NCBI GenBank assembly: GCA_964016885.1
Contig: OZ024743.1
Coordinates: forward strand, 194,184,001-194,248,000
Reading direction: 5' to 3'
Source of the DNA: Eledone cirrhosa
Taxonomy: Eukaryota
Length of the DNA: 64,000 nucleotides
A program made the translations under genes and the position numbers. Each line of letters begins with the position of its first letter. The first letter of the stretch is position 1. Positions 39,870-52,735 of this stretch are shown here, piece after piece. A model generated the notes under the pieces. It was not told the DNA's origin, did no database searches, and saw nothing but the letters and a program-made list of their open reading frames with translations.

Positions 39870-40517
39870 TTGGTACGAAAACAGAAACAAAATCAAGGTA
39901 CGTCCAATATTCTATCATATATCTCAACACACAACCCAAGAAATGCAGAAGCTTACAACACTATTCACAAGAACATCCCACTACTAAAACAAAACCCAAG
40001 AATGAAAAAAGCCCTTGAAACACACAAAATAATCAAAAGCAAAAGACAACCGAAATCACTGAAAACATTACTCACCAATGCCAAATTACCTACCACAAAC
40101 CCACAACCAACTGTCAAAAAATGTGGTCGCTCTAATTGTGGAACCTGCACTCACTTCATTGAAGGCAACACGTATACATTTAAATCAGGACAACATTTTA
40201 CTGTAAAAAATCACTTCACTTGCTCATCAAAAAATCTGATTTATGCCATTAAATGTAAAGGATGCAATGAAGATTATATAGGACAAACTAAACTCACACT
40301 CAGAAACAGAATGACAGTTCATCGCCAACAATTACGAGATCCAACCACGAGACAGATACCACTAAGCGCATATCTAGACATATGCGCAAGTAATAAGACA
40401 CCCAAATTCCAAGTCTTCCCATTTTACCTTTGCGCTAACAATACAACAGAACAAATACGAATAAATAAGGAAAATATGTTTATTCAAAAATATAGACCAG
40501 CATTAAATATGGTTTAA
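39870..40517 (+). pseudogene. PLE C-terminal fragment: Cys-rich linker plus GIY-YIG endonuclease (Neptune-like)
   Basis: KCGRSNCGTC, FTCSSKNLIYAIKCKGC..YIGQT...RNRMTVH, E..FI....PALN. Confidence 0.9.
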
Positions 40518-41014
40518 TATACATTATGTCAACACCATAACATGCTAACCATCCAAACAGGCACATAGACACACACATAACACCTTCTACTTTAGAAAAT
40601 AAAAACCCGAACTAAATAAACCTTAACATACGTTTGCACTGACAATACAACAGAACAAATACGAATAAGTAAGGAAAATATGTTCATTCAAAAATATTCC
40701 TACTAAAGGAATCATTCTCCTACACACACACACACACACAATATATATATATTCTCTTCATCTTAACATGCTAACCATACTCCCACACACATAACACCGA
40801 TACGCACACATAACAATCCCCACCCCCACACACACAACTCCCTCCCCCATTTCTACTAATAGAATCGCGTTCCTACACACATATATACACACACACCAAA
40901 TATATATATTCTCTCCATCTTAACATACTCTCACACACACACACACAGATAACACCCATATACACACACACCCAACTCCCTCTCCCATTTCTACTAATAG
41001 AATCATCTTCCAAT

Positions 41015-41046
<32 letters not shown>

Positions 41047-41069
41047 ACACACACAGACACACAGACACA

Positions 41070-41119
<50 letters not shown>

Positions 41120-41123
<4 letters not shown>

Positions 41124-41432
41124 CACACAAATAAACATACACATCTTTACTTTCTTTACTTCAATAGAAAATCTGAATTCTGACACCCCAGCGAACTAAC
41201 CATATTCACTGAACCAGAACAATTCTCCCATCCCATTTCTCTTGACCATTATCTTTTGCTTGTCAAAAAATTCTCTAAAAAGGCTACAGAATAGATTTCC
41301 AAATAAGGGCGCGAAAATTTAATGAAAACTTGTTCACGTGGCAGCCATAATTTCATTTATAACCAATCAAATTACGTTTATTTAAAAAAAGCCTTCGTGA
41401 GCCCCCCCCCCTTTTTTTAATAAAAAGAAATT

Positions 41433-41475
<43 letters not shown>

Positions 41476-41790
41476 GCACACACATAAACATACATATCTT
41501 TACTTTCTTTATTCAATAGAAAATCTGAATTCTGACACCCCAGCGAACTAACCATATTCAATGAACCAGAACAATTCTCCCATCCAATTTCTCTTGACCA
41601 TTATCTTTTGCTTGTCATAACATTCTCTAAAAAGGCTACCGAATAGATTTCCAAATAACGGCGCGAAAATTTAATGAAAACTTGTTCACGTGACAGCCAT
41701 AATTTCATTTATAACCAATCAAATTACCATTATTAAAAAAAACCCTTCATGAGCCCCCCCTTTTTTAAGTAAAAAGAAATTCAAATATGA
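41120..41790 (+). repeat. 352-bp tandem duplication in the PLE 3' region
   Basis: atctgaattctgacacccc at 41171 and 41523. Confidence 0.9.
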
Positions 41791-41935
41791 AAAAAATAAC
41801 CTGTGACCCCCCCCCCCCCCCTTGTTTGAAGAACTTTGTAACGCGAACTGGCGCGAAATTTATTATAATTATTGACCAACCAATCAAATTACTTCTCGAA
41901 AACCTGGCATTTCGAGCCACTTTTTCCATATAAAA
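41308..41935 (+). promoter_or_regulatory. Candidate pLTR Pol II promoter: 3x GGCGCGAAA, 3x CCAAT, TATA-like
   Basis: GGCGCGAAA at 41308, 41660, 41850; CCAATCA at 41363, 41715, 41880; CATATAAAA at 41927. Confidence 0.5.
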
Positions 41936-41997
41936 CAAGTAACATTCAGAGACCAACCAGATGTGAGAAAAACCACAGACCCTCCATCTCAACTCTA

Positions 41998-42033
41998 CTT
42001 TTGAAAAGCTGAAGAACTGCGAAACCGGTAAAG
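41998..42033 (+). ncRNA. Minimal HHR, U3-A8 variant
   Basis: ctt-TTGAAAA-gctg aagaa ctgc-GAAA-ccgg-TA-aag. Confidence 0.7.
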
Positions 42034-42195
42034 GAACCAAATAAATATATATATTTAAAAAAAAAAAAAGGAACCAAATAAATATATATATATTTTTTAA
42101 AAATAATACTCCAGTTGCATTTGCAATTTCATCTTTTTTCTTTATACTTTCACTCGTGTAGGACACCTCGGTTATTTTTCATTTTGTAAAAAAAA

Positions 42196-42297
<102 letters not shown>

Positions 42298-42581
42298 TAT
42301 ATGTATATATTTAACTTGACTTGTTTTTTTTGGCTTAGGTGGTTAATGCCTTCTTGACCACTTTTTCAGTTTGTATTGCGTTTTAACATATATGTTTTAA
42401 CATATATTTTTTAACTATGGAATGCTTGCCAGCATAACTCTAATTTTGCGTTTCGTTTCGCTTTTTCTACCCACCGAAATGCGATTCTCCCTGAAATTAT
42501 ATATATATATATATAGAGAGAGAATTTTATTTTCGTTATAAAGCGTGAACAAGATTTTTGTGCCTCTGTTTTGTTTCCTTG

Positions 42582-42619
<38 letters not shown>

Positions 42620-42832
42620 CGAAGGAAATATATATATATATATATATATACATTACATAAACAGAGAAAGCCTTAAGCGATACTCCGAGCAACTCCAACC
42701 TACTCAACAAACATTAGGATATACCTAAGCATTATCCCAATTTAGTGTTTGGGGTGCTAACTAATCAGTATTTCGTGGATAATTGGTTGTATTATTTTAT
42801 ATGAGACATTATTAAATAAATATCTCATTTCT

Positions 42833-42956
42833 TCCCGACGGCCGTTTCGTTATAAGATTTCTACAATTTGGGATATATAATTTCCAGGTTATGTAGAAAC
42901 TTGTATATAATCCATAGTTTTATACACAAGCGGTCTCTTATAAACTCATCAGTGGA
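42833..42956 (-). ncRNA. Type I hammerhead with enlarged, branched stem II
   Basis: tcca-CTGATGA-gtttataaga[two hairpins]tcttataac-GAAA-cggccg-TC-ggga (tgga in the second copy). Confidence 0.75.
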
Positions 42957-43585
42957 TGCCCAGTCAAAAAGTATATAAGAATTATATCTACATTAACAGA
43001 ATGGTGATGGTCTCCCTCAGCGCTAAGAAGAGACTGGTAGATTAGAATCCAGCAGTTCTCTCAAAGAAAAAATACACGCTGTCCCCAAAAGGGTAAAGGG
43101 AGTCATCTTAAAATAAAACAATATACACGCTGGTCAATTAAATCTGTTAGGTATTAACCACGTGTATAAGAACTTAATTGGAAATTTAAAAGAATAACCA
43201 CATGTATACACAACTAATTCACACACAGAGATATTAAAACGTAATAAATATATGCATGGATCACTCATACACACACATAGCTATTCTCTAAGGCTAAATC
43301 AGACATGGAATAAAAGGAAGCTCGATCAGTATTTCATATAAAAAATAATAATAATAAAGAGAGTTATACCTTATATCTGGAATCCATATCATGCTCCCAA
43401 GAGTATATATTCAATACATAAACAGAGAAAGCCTTAAGCGATACTCCGACCAACTCCATCTCACTCAACAAACATTAGGATATACCTAAGTATTATCCCA
43501 ATTTAGTGTTTGGGGTGCTAACTAATCTGTATTTCGTGGATAATTGGTTGCATTATTTTATATGAGACATTATTAAATAAATATC

Positions 43586-43767
43586 GGGGGATTGGCAGTA
43601 TCGGTAGAGGGTTGGACGCCATGCTTTCTAGCATAGTTACGTCCCTTTACAGTCTGAGTTCAAATCCCGCCGAGGTTAACTTTGCCTTTCATCCTTACGG
43701 GGTCGATAAAATAAAGTACCAGTAATATACTGGATAAATTGCTGGCCTTGTGCCTAAACTAGAAACA
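43586..43767 (+). mobile_element. SINE family A, full length, 17-bp TSD
   Basis: TSD attattaaataaatatc at 43569 and 43768. Confidence 0.95.
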
Positions 43768-43838
43768 ATTATTAAATAAATATCTCATTTCTTCCAGACG
43801 GTCGTTTCATTATAAGATTTCTACAATTTGGGATAAAA

Positions 43839-43900
<62 letters not shown>

Positions 43901-43912
43901 GAGACGCACACG

Positions 43913-44192
43913 GTGGACGCACGTGGCCTAGTGGTAAGAGTGTTGGACTTACGATCATAATGTTGTGGGTTCTATTCCTGGGTTGCATGTTGTGTTCTTG
44001 AGCAAAACACTTCATTTCACGTTGATCCAGTATACTCATATACCCAGCTGAAAATGAGTACCAGCAATAGCTGGAGGTTTAATCCTGCGATGGACTGGCG
44101 TCCTGTCCAGGGGGGGAGTCTTGTACTCTCTGTCGCTTCACGCCATGAAACCGGCCAAATGAGCCTTCTGGCTTAAGACGGATTTTAGACTT
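43913..44192 (+). mobile_element. tRNA-derived SINE family B
   Basis: A-box tggcctagtgg, B-box ggttctattcc, then tgtgttcttgagcaaaacact and cctgcgatggactggcgtcctgtccagggg. Confidence 0.85.
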
Positions 44193-44269
44193 TTAGATAT
44201 ATACACGTATGTGTATACACAGAAATATATGCTTATATATAATCACGCACATACCTACACACCCACACG

Positions 44270-44301
<32 letters not shown>

Positions 44302-44483
44302 CATAGAATTTTATTTTCCTTATAAAGCGTGAACAAGATTTGTGTGCCTCTGTTTTGTTTCCTTGAAATATATATAGATATATAACGAAGGAAGTGTGGT
44401 AAGGAACCAGGTGAACCATAACGCACCAGATTACTCAATACTTAGGGCAGTATAGTGGGTAATAGAAAAATGTTCAAGACCCC

Positions 44484-45367
44484 ATAGTTCAGGAATATTG
44501 AGGACAAACGGGACACCAAATTCATCCAGTTCGACATAGAGAGCTATTACGCCTCTATTACCCTACCGCTCCCTACGGCCGCTTTGGACTTTGCCAAAAC
44601 ACTTACACCCATCACCGACCAAGAAAGAAACATCATTTTCCACGCCAGGAAGACAGTCCTCCTCTTCGACAACTCCAATTGGATAGAGAGAGCTCTCGAC
44701 TCCCCCTTCGACGTCAGTATGGGCGCGACTGACTCGGCGGAGTTGAGGATTATTCCTATTACATAAACTCACCGAAATGTTTCCTGCATTTGGCGGTGGA
44801 TTGTAACGAGACGATGGGTTCCTTACTCTCAAAGGGTACAACCCCAGTAGTACAGACCGCGGCGGTAAACACCTAATCAACTTCGTCCGGGACTGGGGAT
44901 TTAAAATCACCCTACAGATCTTCCTAACCCAAGTCAATTTCCTGGACGTTACCCTCAACCTCGAAAATGATCTGTATTACCCATACAGGAAACCAAACGA
45001 CAACCTTCACTAAACCCACCGCCGCTCTAATCATCCTAGAAACATCACCAATAACCTGGTTAAAAACATCTCCCTCCGCATATCTCGTTTGTCCGCTAAT
45101 GAGCAGATATTCGATGAACATGCGCCTTATTACAATCAGGCCCTCAAGCGAAGCGGCTTTCAGGAGGAAATTTCATTTTACCCAGCTTCCCCTAGCGGAA
45201 CCAAGAGGCGACGCCGCCGCTCACGACACGCAACGTGGTTCAACCTCCCCACAATGCCGAGGTTGCAACACCAATTGGGAAAATCTTGTTTAGGCTCCTC
45301 GAAAAACATTTTCCACCACAACACCACTACCATAACATAATCAACAAAAACACTATCAAACTTTCCT
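44484..45367 (+). pseudogene. Decayed PLE RT, Naiad-like
   Basis: FIQFDIESYYASI, FDVSMGATDSAE, GL*RDDG, VNFLDVTLNL, YYPYRKPND, TWFNLP, with frameshifts. Confidence 0.85.
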
Positions 45368-45736
45368 AAAGGAGGGGTCTTGAACATTTTCCTATTTATA
45401 TATATTTATTTATTTATTCAATGAAGTTAAGTTGGTTGATTGAAAATCTGCCTACTTTTTCATAACAGATGACTCAACGGTTTATGTTTATCCGGAGGTT
45501 TATTAAAATAATAAATAAGAAAGAAGAGTGTATCATTCGATCATCCCTGTTTATTTTATTAAACATTTTTCGAAGAATTATGCCATTTGTATAACATCTG
45601 CCGCACGCGTTCTCTTCAGACAAGAAAACACGTAGGGCAGATGCTATACAAATGGCATACGTGTTCGAAATACGTATAATAAAATAAATAGGGATGGACA
45701 AATGATACCGTCTTTTTTGTTTATTATTATTTTGTT

Positions 45737-45915
45737 TGGCAATATCAGTAGAGTGTCAGACACCATACTTTGCATTATTGAGTTATGGCTCTTTGCGTTC
45801 TGAGTTAAAATCCGCCGAGGTTAACTTTGCCTTTCATCCTTACGAGGTCGATAAAATAAAGTACCAGTAATGGACCGGGGTAATCGCCGGCCTTGTGCCA
45901 AAAGTAGAAACATTA
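45737..45915 (+). mobile_element. SINE family A
   Basis: Matches family consensus. Confidence 0.85.
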
Positions 45916-45964
45916 TATTAATGATAATAATAATAATAATAATAATAATATATATATATATATA

Positions 45965-46459
45965 TGAGTATAGACATAGAATATTCGAAAATATTCTGTA
46001 TGTTTATAATAAACATTTTGAAGACCTAATCGCTATAGAATAGAATACGTCACGTATTACAATTAGATTCTCGATAAAAGCAAGGGAAGTAATCTACGCG
46101 TTTCATATACTCACATATATATCGCTATTTCAGAGCATTTATTCCAATTTCTAATTTCTGCCGGACCGGCAACCGCTCTTTCAAACCAGTTCCAGTACAC
46201 AGCTAAGTATTCTATAAGTCTCTAGCTGTGTCATTCTCGATAAAAGCACTGGATATGTAGTCCTGATGAATTCTAACAAGAATGAAACGCGTAGATTACT
46301 TCCCTTGCTTTTATCGAGAATCTAATTGTAATACGTGACGTATTCTATTCTATAGCGATTAGGTCTTCAAAATGTTTATTATAAACATACAGAATATTTT
46401 CGAATATTCTATGTCTATACTCACATATATATCGCTATTTCAGAGCATTTATTCCAATA
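45965..46459 (+). mobile_element. Retrozyme-like element: 310-bp unit, terminal direct repeat, 142-bp 5' inverted copy
   Basis: 46106-46149 = 46416-46459; 45965-46106 is the reverse complement of 46282-46423. Confidence 0.9.
46257..46299 (+). ncRNA. Minimal type I hammerhead ribozyme, canonical core
   Basis: gtagtc-CTGATGA-attct aaca agaat-GAAA-cgcg-TA-gattac. Confidence 0.9.
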
Positions 46460-46502
46460 TATATATATATTTATATACACATATATATTTGTTTGTATGT
46501 GT

Positions 46503-46554
<52 letters not shown>

Positions 46555-46838
46555 TTCCACGCATCTTAATATATTGACAATATATTGTGTATTTAATACT
46601 CGTAATTTTTCATAGTTCTTAGAGCAGAGAATGGCAAAATATTCTCAAATGCTTCATGATCACTGAAGCACACACATTTTATCCATTGCCTGTTATCCCA
46701 CTTATTTTATAAACCATTATTTCCTTTTTCATAAGAACTTCAAAAGTTTTTTCTTTTACAAAGCCATCGTTTAAAGGTTTCGAATACCAAAAGTAAGATT
46801 CAAGATTAGATTAGCAAACCCCCAAAAGTTTTTGATTC

Positions 46839-46904
<66 letters not shown>

Positions 46905-46911
46905 ATGTATG

Positions 46912-47002
<91 letters not shown>

Positions 47003-47039
47003 ATTTATATATATATATATATTTATATGCATATATATA

Positions 47040-47110
<71 letters not shown>

Positions 47111-47251
47111 TTGTATATTTATATATATATATTTATATGTATATATATATATATCTGTATATATATATATCTGTATATATATATACGAATATATATATAT
47201 ATATATACATAAGATATATATATATATAACAAATATATATGCGTACATACA

Positions 47252-47292
<41 letters not shown>

Positions 47293-47736
47293 GTGTGTGT
47301 GTACATACATATATATGCACATACATACTTACATACATACAGATATACATGCATACACGCACACATTTATGTCTACAAAAATCAAACAATTTTTCTCAGA
47401 TGATACTTTTGCCAACACTGCCTATATTTCTCTCTACCAGTTAGTTAGTCGTTCTGTTATCTAAATCTTCCAATTCGTAGGATAATCCCATCATTCTGGA
47501 AATATCTTGAGGTTTGCGCAACCTTGGTTTGAACAAGATTAATTTTATTTCTTATGCTATGATTTTTCTATTGTACACTATTTTCCTGATTTCCTATCAA
47601 ATACTATTTTCCATTATATGCCTATCTGTCAAGCGGTTTCAATCGTGATTGCTAGTTCTTCCATCTGTTTTTCTGTCAAAACAATACAAAAAGCTATATA
47701 TGTATATGAATATATATATATATATATATATGAATG

Positions 47737-47810
<74 letters not shown>

Positions 47811-47905
47811 GGTATATATATATGCATATTCCTCCCTCATTTTCCTCCCATTCTCTCTCTCTCTCCCTCTCTCTCTTTCTTTCTCTCTCTCTCTTTCTCT
47901 CTCTC

Positions 47906-47977
<72 letters not shown>

Positions 47978-48239
47978 AATACATATGTATGTATATATAT
48001 ATATATATATATGTATGTATATATATATATGTATATATACATATGTATATATACATATGTAGATACATATATATATATACATATGTATATACATATATAT
48101 ATACATAGATATATACGTATGTATATATGTATATACATAGATACTTAAACACACTTATATATATATGCATATAACTATATCTATATCTATATCTATGTAC
48201 ATCCATTTATATACATATATATATATATTTATAAATGGA

Positions 48240-48324
<85 letters not shown>

Positions 48325-48325
48325 T

Positions 48326-48404
<79 letters not shown>

Positions 48405-49070
48405 CGAACAAAAACAGTCTAACAAATAGGTGAAATGCAGCAAAAGATTAAAAGACGTAACGGAAGAGGTCATGCTGCAAGTATTTATCGATGTTAATGC
48501 AAATGACTTCTATTTTTCTCTCTATTTCATTATATTTCTTCTTTCCCATTCTTCAATAGCTGCACTAACTTGTTGGCAAATATCCTTCTCTAACTCTAGG
48601 CATACAACACATACATCGCATACGTACATGCGTGCTTCAATACACGTGTATTCACAATCTCAGATCCAGAAATACACACACATATACACACAGACTCTCC
48701 GACACTCTAACATACACCCCGACAATTATACACATATACTCGCTCACAAACACGTATTCACACATTCATATACTCACACAGACACACACAAGCGCATTCA
48801 CACGCATAAACTCACACACTAACACACAGACTCACACACACACATGCACACACCTCTGCAGGAAAATTCGGATTTCCGACTCACGGTCTCACACAAGTGA
48901 AGGTTCGTAGGAGCGGTTATATAAACAAACATACACGAAGGCAAACACACGCTTACACACGCACAAAACATCAGCCCCCCCCCCCCTCGAATTTACACAC
49001 ATGCACTCATACAAACGCACACCCACACACACACGCGCACCCCACCCCACACATACACTCATATATACAC

Positions 49071-49132
<62 letters not shown>

Positions 49133-49794
49133 ACACACACATATATATATATATACGTGAGTAGACACATACACATACGTATATTCATACATATTCTCAG
49201 CCAGCAAACAACAGAGTTTATACAAATGTACACATAACCACACACAACACACACGCAACACGCACACATGCACACGTATAAGCCCTTATAGTCCCGGATT
49301 GTACATTAGTTTTCTTAGATTTGTAAATTTTCGTTTCAAGTAAATAGCAGCAAGAATAACGATGTCTAAAGTAGTATAGGTCACCTAGAAACTAATGCAT
49401 TTGGTGGCAGAGGAAGCTACACAAGGAATTCTAATGTCAATTATCTACAATATGTTCATTAGAACTAACATTCATTCATTTCTCTTGAAGTTTCCTCTCA
49501 TCAGGTCAGTATGGAGGGAGGAAAAAAACTCGAAATTATTATTTTCAGTACAAGTTATTAAACCTCTTCATCATATTTCTGTTACGTTCTGACAGAGGAA
49601 TGCAACGCACTCGCACTACATTTACAAAGAATTCTATCTATCTATCTATCTAATAATCTACGTCTCTCACTCTCTCTTTCTTTCTCCCCCCTCCCTTCTC
49701 TCTCTATATATATATATGTGTTCCGAAGATATATATATATATATATACATACATATCTTCGGATTTATTATTACTATATATATATATATATATA

Positions 49795-49975
49795 TCTTTC
49801 TTTATTTGCCACAGGGGCGTACAAAAATGGGAAATTACAAGACGTGACGGCGGGGGTTTTACATAAAATCTTTAACAATGAGAAATAACAATAAACTATA
49901 TAAAAATAAAACAATTGAAATCCCCATTATAACGCTACTGCGGGTTGTTTTACACCCCGTGGATAGAACAAGCCT
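49795..49975 (-). mobile_element. 3' UTR fragment of a Tx1-like LINE
   Basis: Minus strand ttttgtacgcccctgtggcaaataaagaaa resembles the 3' end at 56360-56395. Confidence 0.65.
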
Positions 49976-50058
49976 CAACACGTTTTGTAGGTGTTCCCGT
50001 CTTCCCTCTGTTTATCTTCCTCAACTTACATTTATATAGCTAGCTAGATAGCTCTCTG

Positions 50059-50120
<62 letters not shown>

Positions 50121-50122
50121 GA

Positions 50123-50651
50123 TTTGTCCCCTTCTTTTGTGCCCTTGTGGCTAATAAAGAAATTTATCTATCTATAAACGACCTGGGGAACTACGCAGAA
50201 CAACTGTTGTCGCGTATGGGACAAATCCAGTTGACTGCGGAGTCCACAGTAAGGATCAAACCGCCAGTCTTTTTCAAAAACGAAAGAGAGGCGGTTTTCC
50301 TCTGTGTAGTGGCTATGGTGAAAGAGGTCATATGGTGGACGAGATTGAGAGGACTGAGGAAAGATGTTTTTCTCTCCGGACAACAATTGATTCCCTTCTT
50401 TAAGTATCACTTTAGAAGGAGAATCAAAGTGGAGAGAGAGGCACTGCACCCCAGTAAATTTACTGAAAGGGGGTGAATGAAGCGAAAATGGCCCTATCGA
50501 CGGGGTATTAAACAACACATTTGTGGCGCTTCCCCCCTATTGGGGATTTCGATTGTTATAATTATTTGTTTCAGTATTTTAACACGACTGTATGTAAAAT
50601 CCCCGGCATGTGTCTTTGTATTGTCCCCTTTTCTTGTGCGCTCATGTGGCA

Positions 50652-50652
<1 letters not shown>
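50123..50652 (+). mobile_element. Two 5'-truncated Tx1-like LINE 3' ends (50123-50166; 50178-50652), each followed by TATC repeats
   Basis: LTAESTVRIKPP..EAVFLCVVAMVKEVIWWTRL matches the ORF2 C-terminus downstream; shared tail tgtcccc..ttgtgc.ct.gtggc. Confidence 0.9.
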
Positions 50653-50692
<40 letters not shown>

Positions 50693-50893
50693 GATAGAGT
50701 AAGACACGCTTCGCATCGGCTCCGCTATTCCATCGGGATTTACCCTTACTATTGTAAGTACCGGATAAAATTTTTAGTGCAACACATTTGGAACACTAAC
50801 CCCTGTTATTTAGGGAAACATTTTTGCATTTACCCCCTTTTTAGGGGGTAAAATAAATATCTATTTTTGCCGAAAAATTTCTTTCTTGGCAGC

Positions 50894-52582
50894 ATGGCGG
50901 AAAAGATGGCAGACATGTCTGCCATTAGCTCTGCCACGCCCCCCAAGTCTGAAGAACAAAAAATAATTACAACAAAATTAGACTTTGAAACAAACAAACA
51001 AAATGAAAAAACAAATGTTAAGGAAAATGAGCAAACAGAAAACAAACAAACAGAAAATAATACAAATAACGACAGGGCAACTTTCGCCCAGAAAACAAAG
51101 CAATCCATTACATACACACCAATTGACCTAACTGCCGCCAGAGAAAAACTGGCCGAAGCAAAGAAACATATTGTTTTGGGAGAGAACGGAATGTTTTCCA
51201 TTAACTCCCCCCCAGAATTCAAGAAAGCCAGAGAAGAAAACACAGTTATATACAGAACTATACTAAACCAGTCAAGAAAGCCAGCACAGCCCAGCCAAAT
51301 GGAAATAGAGTTAGTCCTAAAAGACTATATGAAGAATATTCTCTTCATACGAAAGGACCGACTCTATGGCAGCATTTCGGTCCTAACAAGAGACAAAGAA
51401 ACGGCGGTTCAGCTTTCCCTAAGCCCACTCTCGTCGACAACATATAGCTTCTATCCCTCCTACATGGGTAGAAGAACACAGAGGGTAAAAGTAAAAACAA
51501 TGCTGCCCACAATGGACTTCTGGTGGGCTATTGCTGGCTTCATTGATATGGGCGAAGACACTATGCTGTCAATGGGGAAGGCAACTGGAGATGCGTTCCT
51601 GGGAATGGGCCTCGACATACTAGTCCAAATGAGGCCCGAAAGAATAGCACAAATCCCGGATCGCATCTGGCTGGATGACCTTACCCCAATAGACATAATT
51701 GTAGAGGGGAGAAGACCAGCATGCTATCTATGCATGGAAAGGGGACACGTTAAGGCTAACTGCCCGAAACGTATCCCCCAAAAAGGACTATTGCCCACAC
51801 CCACCACAAACAGTACACCAGCACCACCCACCTCCAAAAATACACTAATACCACACACAGCAAACAAAATACAGACACCACCAACCACAAACACAACACA
51901 AACATCACCACCACCAGCACCAAACACAAGCACGACACAAAAATCACCACCACCAACCACAACACAAACATCACCACCACCATTACCAACCACAAGCACG
52001 ACACAAACATTACCACCACCACCACCACAAAACCCATTCCAAACAAATAATAAAAAAAACAGTAACAAATCTACCCCTCCCGCAAAAAAAAAACAACCAC
52101 ACAACACGTCCCTCCCACCTAGCGCTGAAGAGTTTCCCCCAACTTCTGAAGAAGAAGGAGGAGAAGCCTTCAGACAAGTTAAAAGAAAAAAAAGAAAACA
52201 CACACCCAGCACACCACAAATAACCCACACACAAACACCAACTCCAATCAAAAACACCCCACCCTCAACAAACAAAAATAAATCTGCGCCTCCCCTCTCC
52301 GAAACATTGACAGCATCACAAAAAAAGACGTTGCAATACACATATATAAATAAAGAAAACAAAAAACTGGTTAAATTAATAAACAATAACCCTATGGTGC
52401 AGACCGAAGGGCCAAACTTTATCTCAACAGAGAACTTCACCCATTTAAAAATGATAAAGGTCCCTCTGGACCTTTATCGTTCCTTAAAAGAACAATTTAG
52501 ACGGGACGTGAGCCCCCCCCTGTTTAAAACCGTTGAATCGCGTCCTCTTGAAAGATTTCCCCATAACCGCCCCTCTCCCTGA
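50894..52582 (+). CDS. LINE ORF1, nucleic-acid-binding protein with a CCHC zinc knuckle and a P/T-rich region
   Basis: CYLCMERGHVKANC; basic QVKRKKRK; first ATG at 50894. Confidence 0.85.
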   Translation: MAEKMADMSAISSATPPKSEEQKIITTKLDFETNKQNEKTNVKENEQTENKQTENNTNNDRATFAQKTKQSITYTPIDLTAAREKLAEAKKHIVLGENGMFSINSPPEFKKAREENTVIYRTILNQSRKPAQPSQMEIELVLKDYMKNILFIRKDRLYGSISVLTRDKETAVQLSLSPLSSTTYSFYPSYMGRRTQRVKVKTMLPTMDFWWAIAGFIDMGEDTMLSMGKATGDAFLGMGLDILVQMRPERIAQIPDRIWLDDLTPIDIIVEGRRPACYLCMERGHVKANCPKRIPQKGLLPTPTTNSTPAPPTSKNTLIPHTANKIQTPPTTNTTQTSPPPAPNTSTTQKSPPPTTTQTSPPPLPTTSTTQTLPPPPPQNPFQTNNKKNSNKSTPPAKKKQPHNTSLPPSAEEFPPTSEEEGGEAFRQVKRKKRKHTPSTPQITHTQTPTPIKNTPPSTNKNKSAPPLSETLTASQKKTLQYTYINKENKKLVKLINNNPMVQTEGPNFISTENFTHLKMIKVPLDLYRSLKEQFRRDVSPPLFKTVESRPLERFPHNRPSP

Positions 52583-52735
52583 CACAACTCCAAATACCCC
52601 AACCCCACCACACACGTGTACCCCCACACCACCACAAAACATCCCTCCACCCAACACACCTGATGCCATGGAAATTACGCAACCCGGAGAGGTAAGTGCT
52701 TTTCTTTCTTCACTTTCAACACCAAAATAGATCAA

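Larger units (their letters stand above)
39785..42190 (+). mobile_element. 5'-truncated PLE: inverted pLTR tail, endonuclease ORF, long 3' region with HHR
   Basis: 39785-39874 is the reverse complement of ~42035-42146; GIY-YIG ORF; HHR at 41998. Confidence 0.85.
42655..43833 (-). mobile_element. Non-coding 761-bp-period partial tandem element with an HHR; second copy split by a SINE
   Basis: acagagaaagccttaagcgatactccga at 42661 and 43422. Confidence 0.85.

Noticed and set aside
47629-47672. Possible terminal exon ([13 protein letters not shown]) on minus, and a similar segment at 48522-48595
   Set aside because: Too short, no homology recognised, no consistent gene model.
46811-49275. Many YI/CV/HT-rich ORFs here and throughout the window
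   Set aside because: Translations of dinucleotide microsatellites.
49470-49510. CTGATGA...GAAA on the minus strand
   Set aside because: Stems I and III do not pair convincingly.
52692-52730. GTAAGT...AATAG mini-intron joining the ATG at 52668 to ORF2
   Set aside because: Splicing gives ATC AAT TGA, a stop, not the ORF2 frame.
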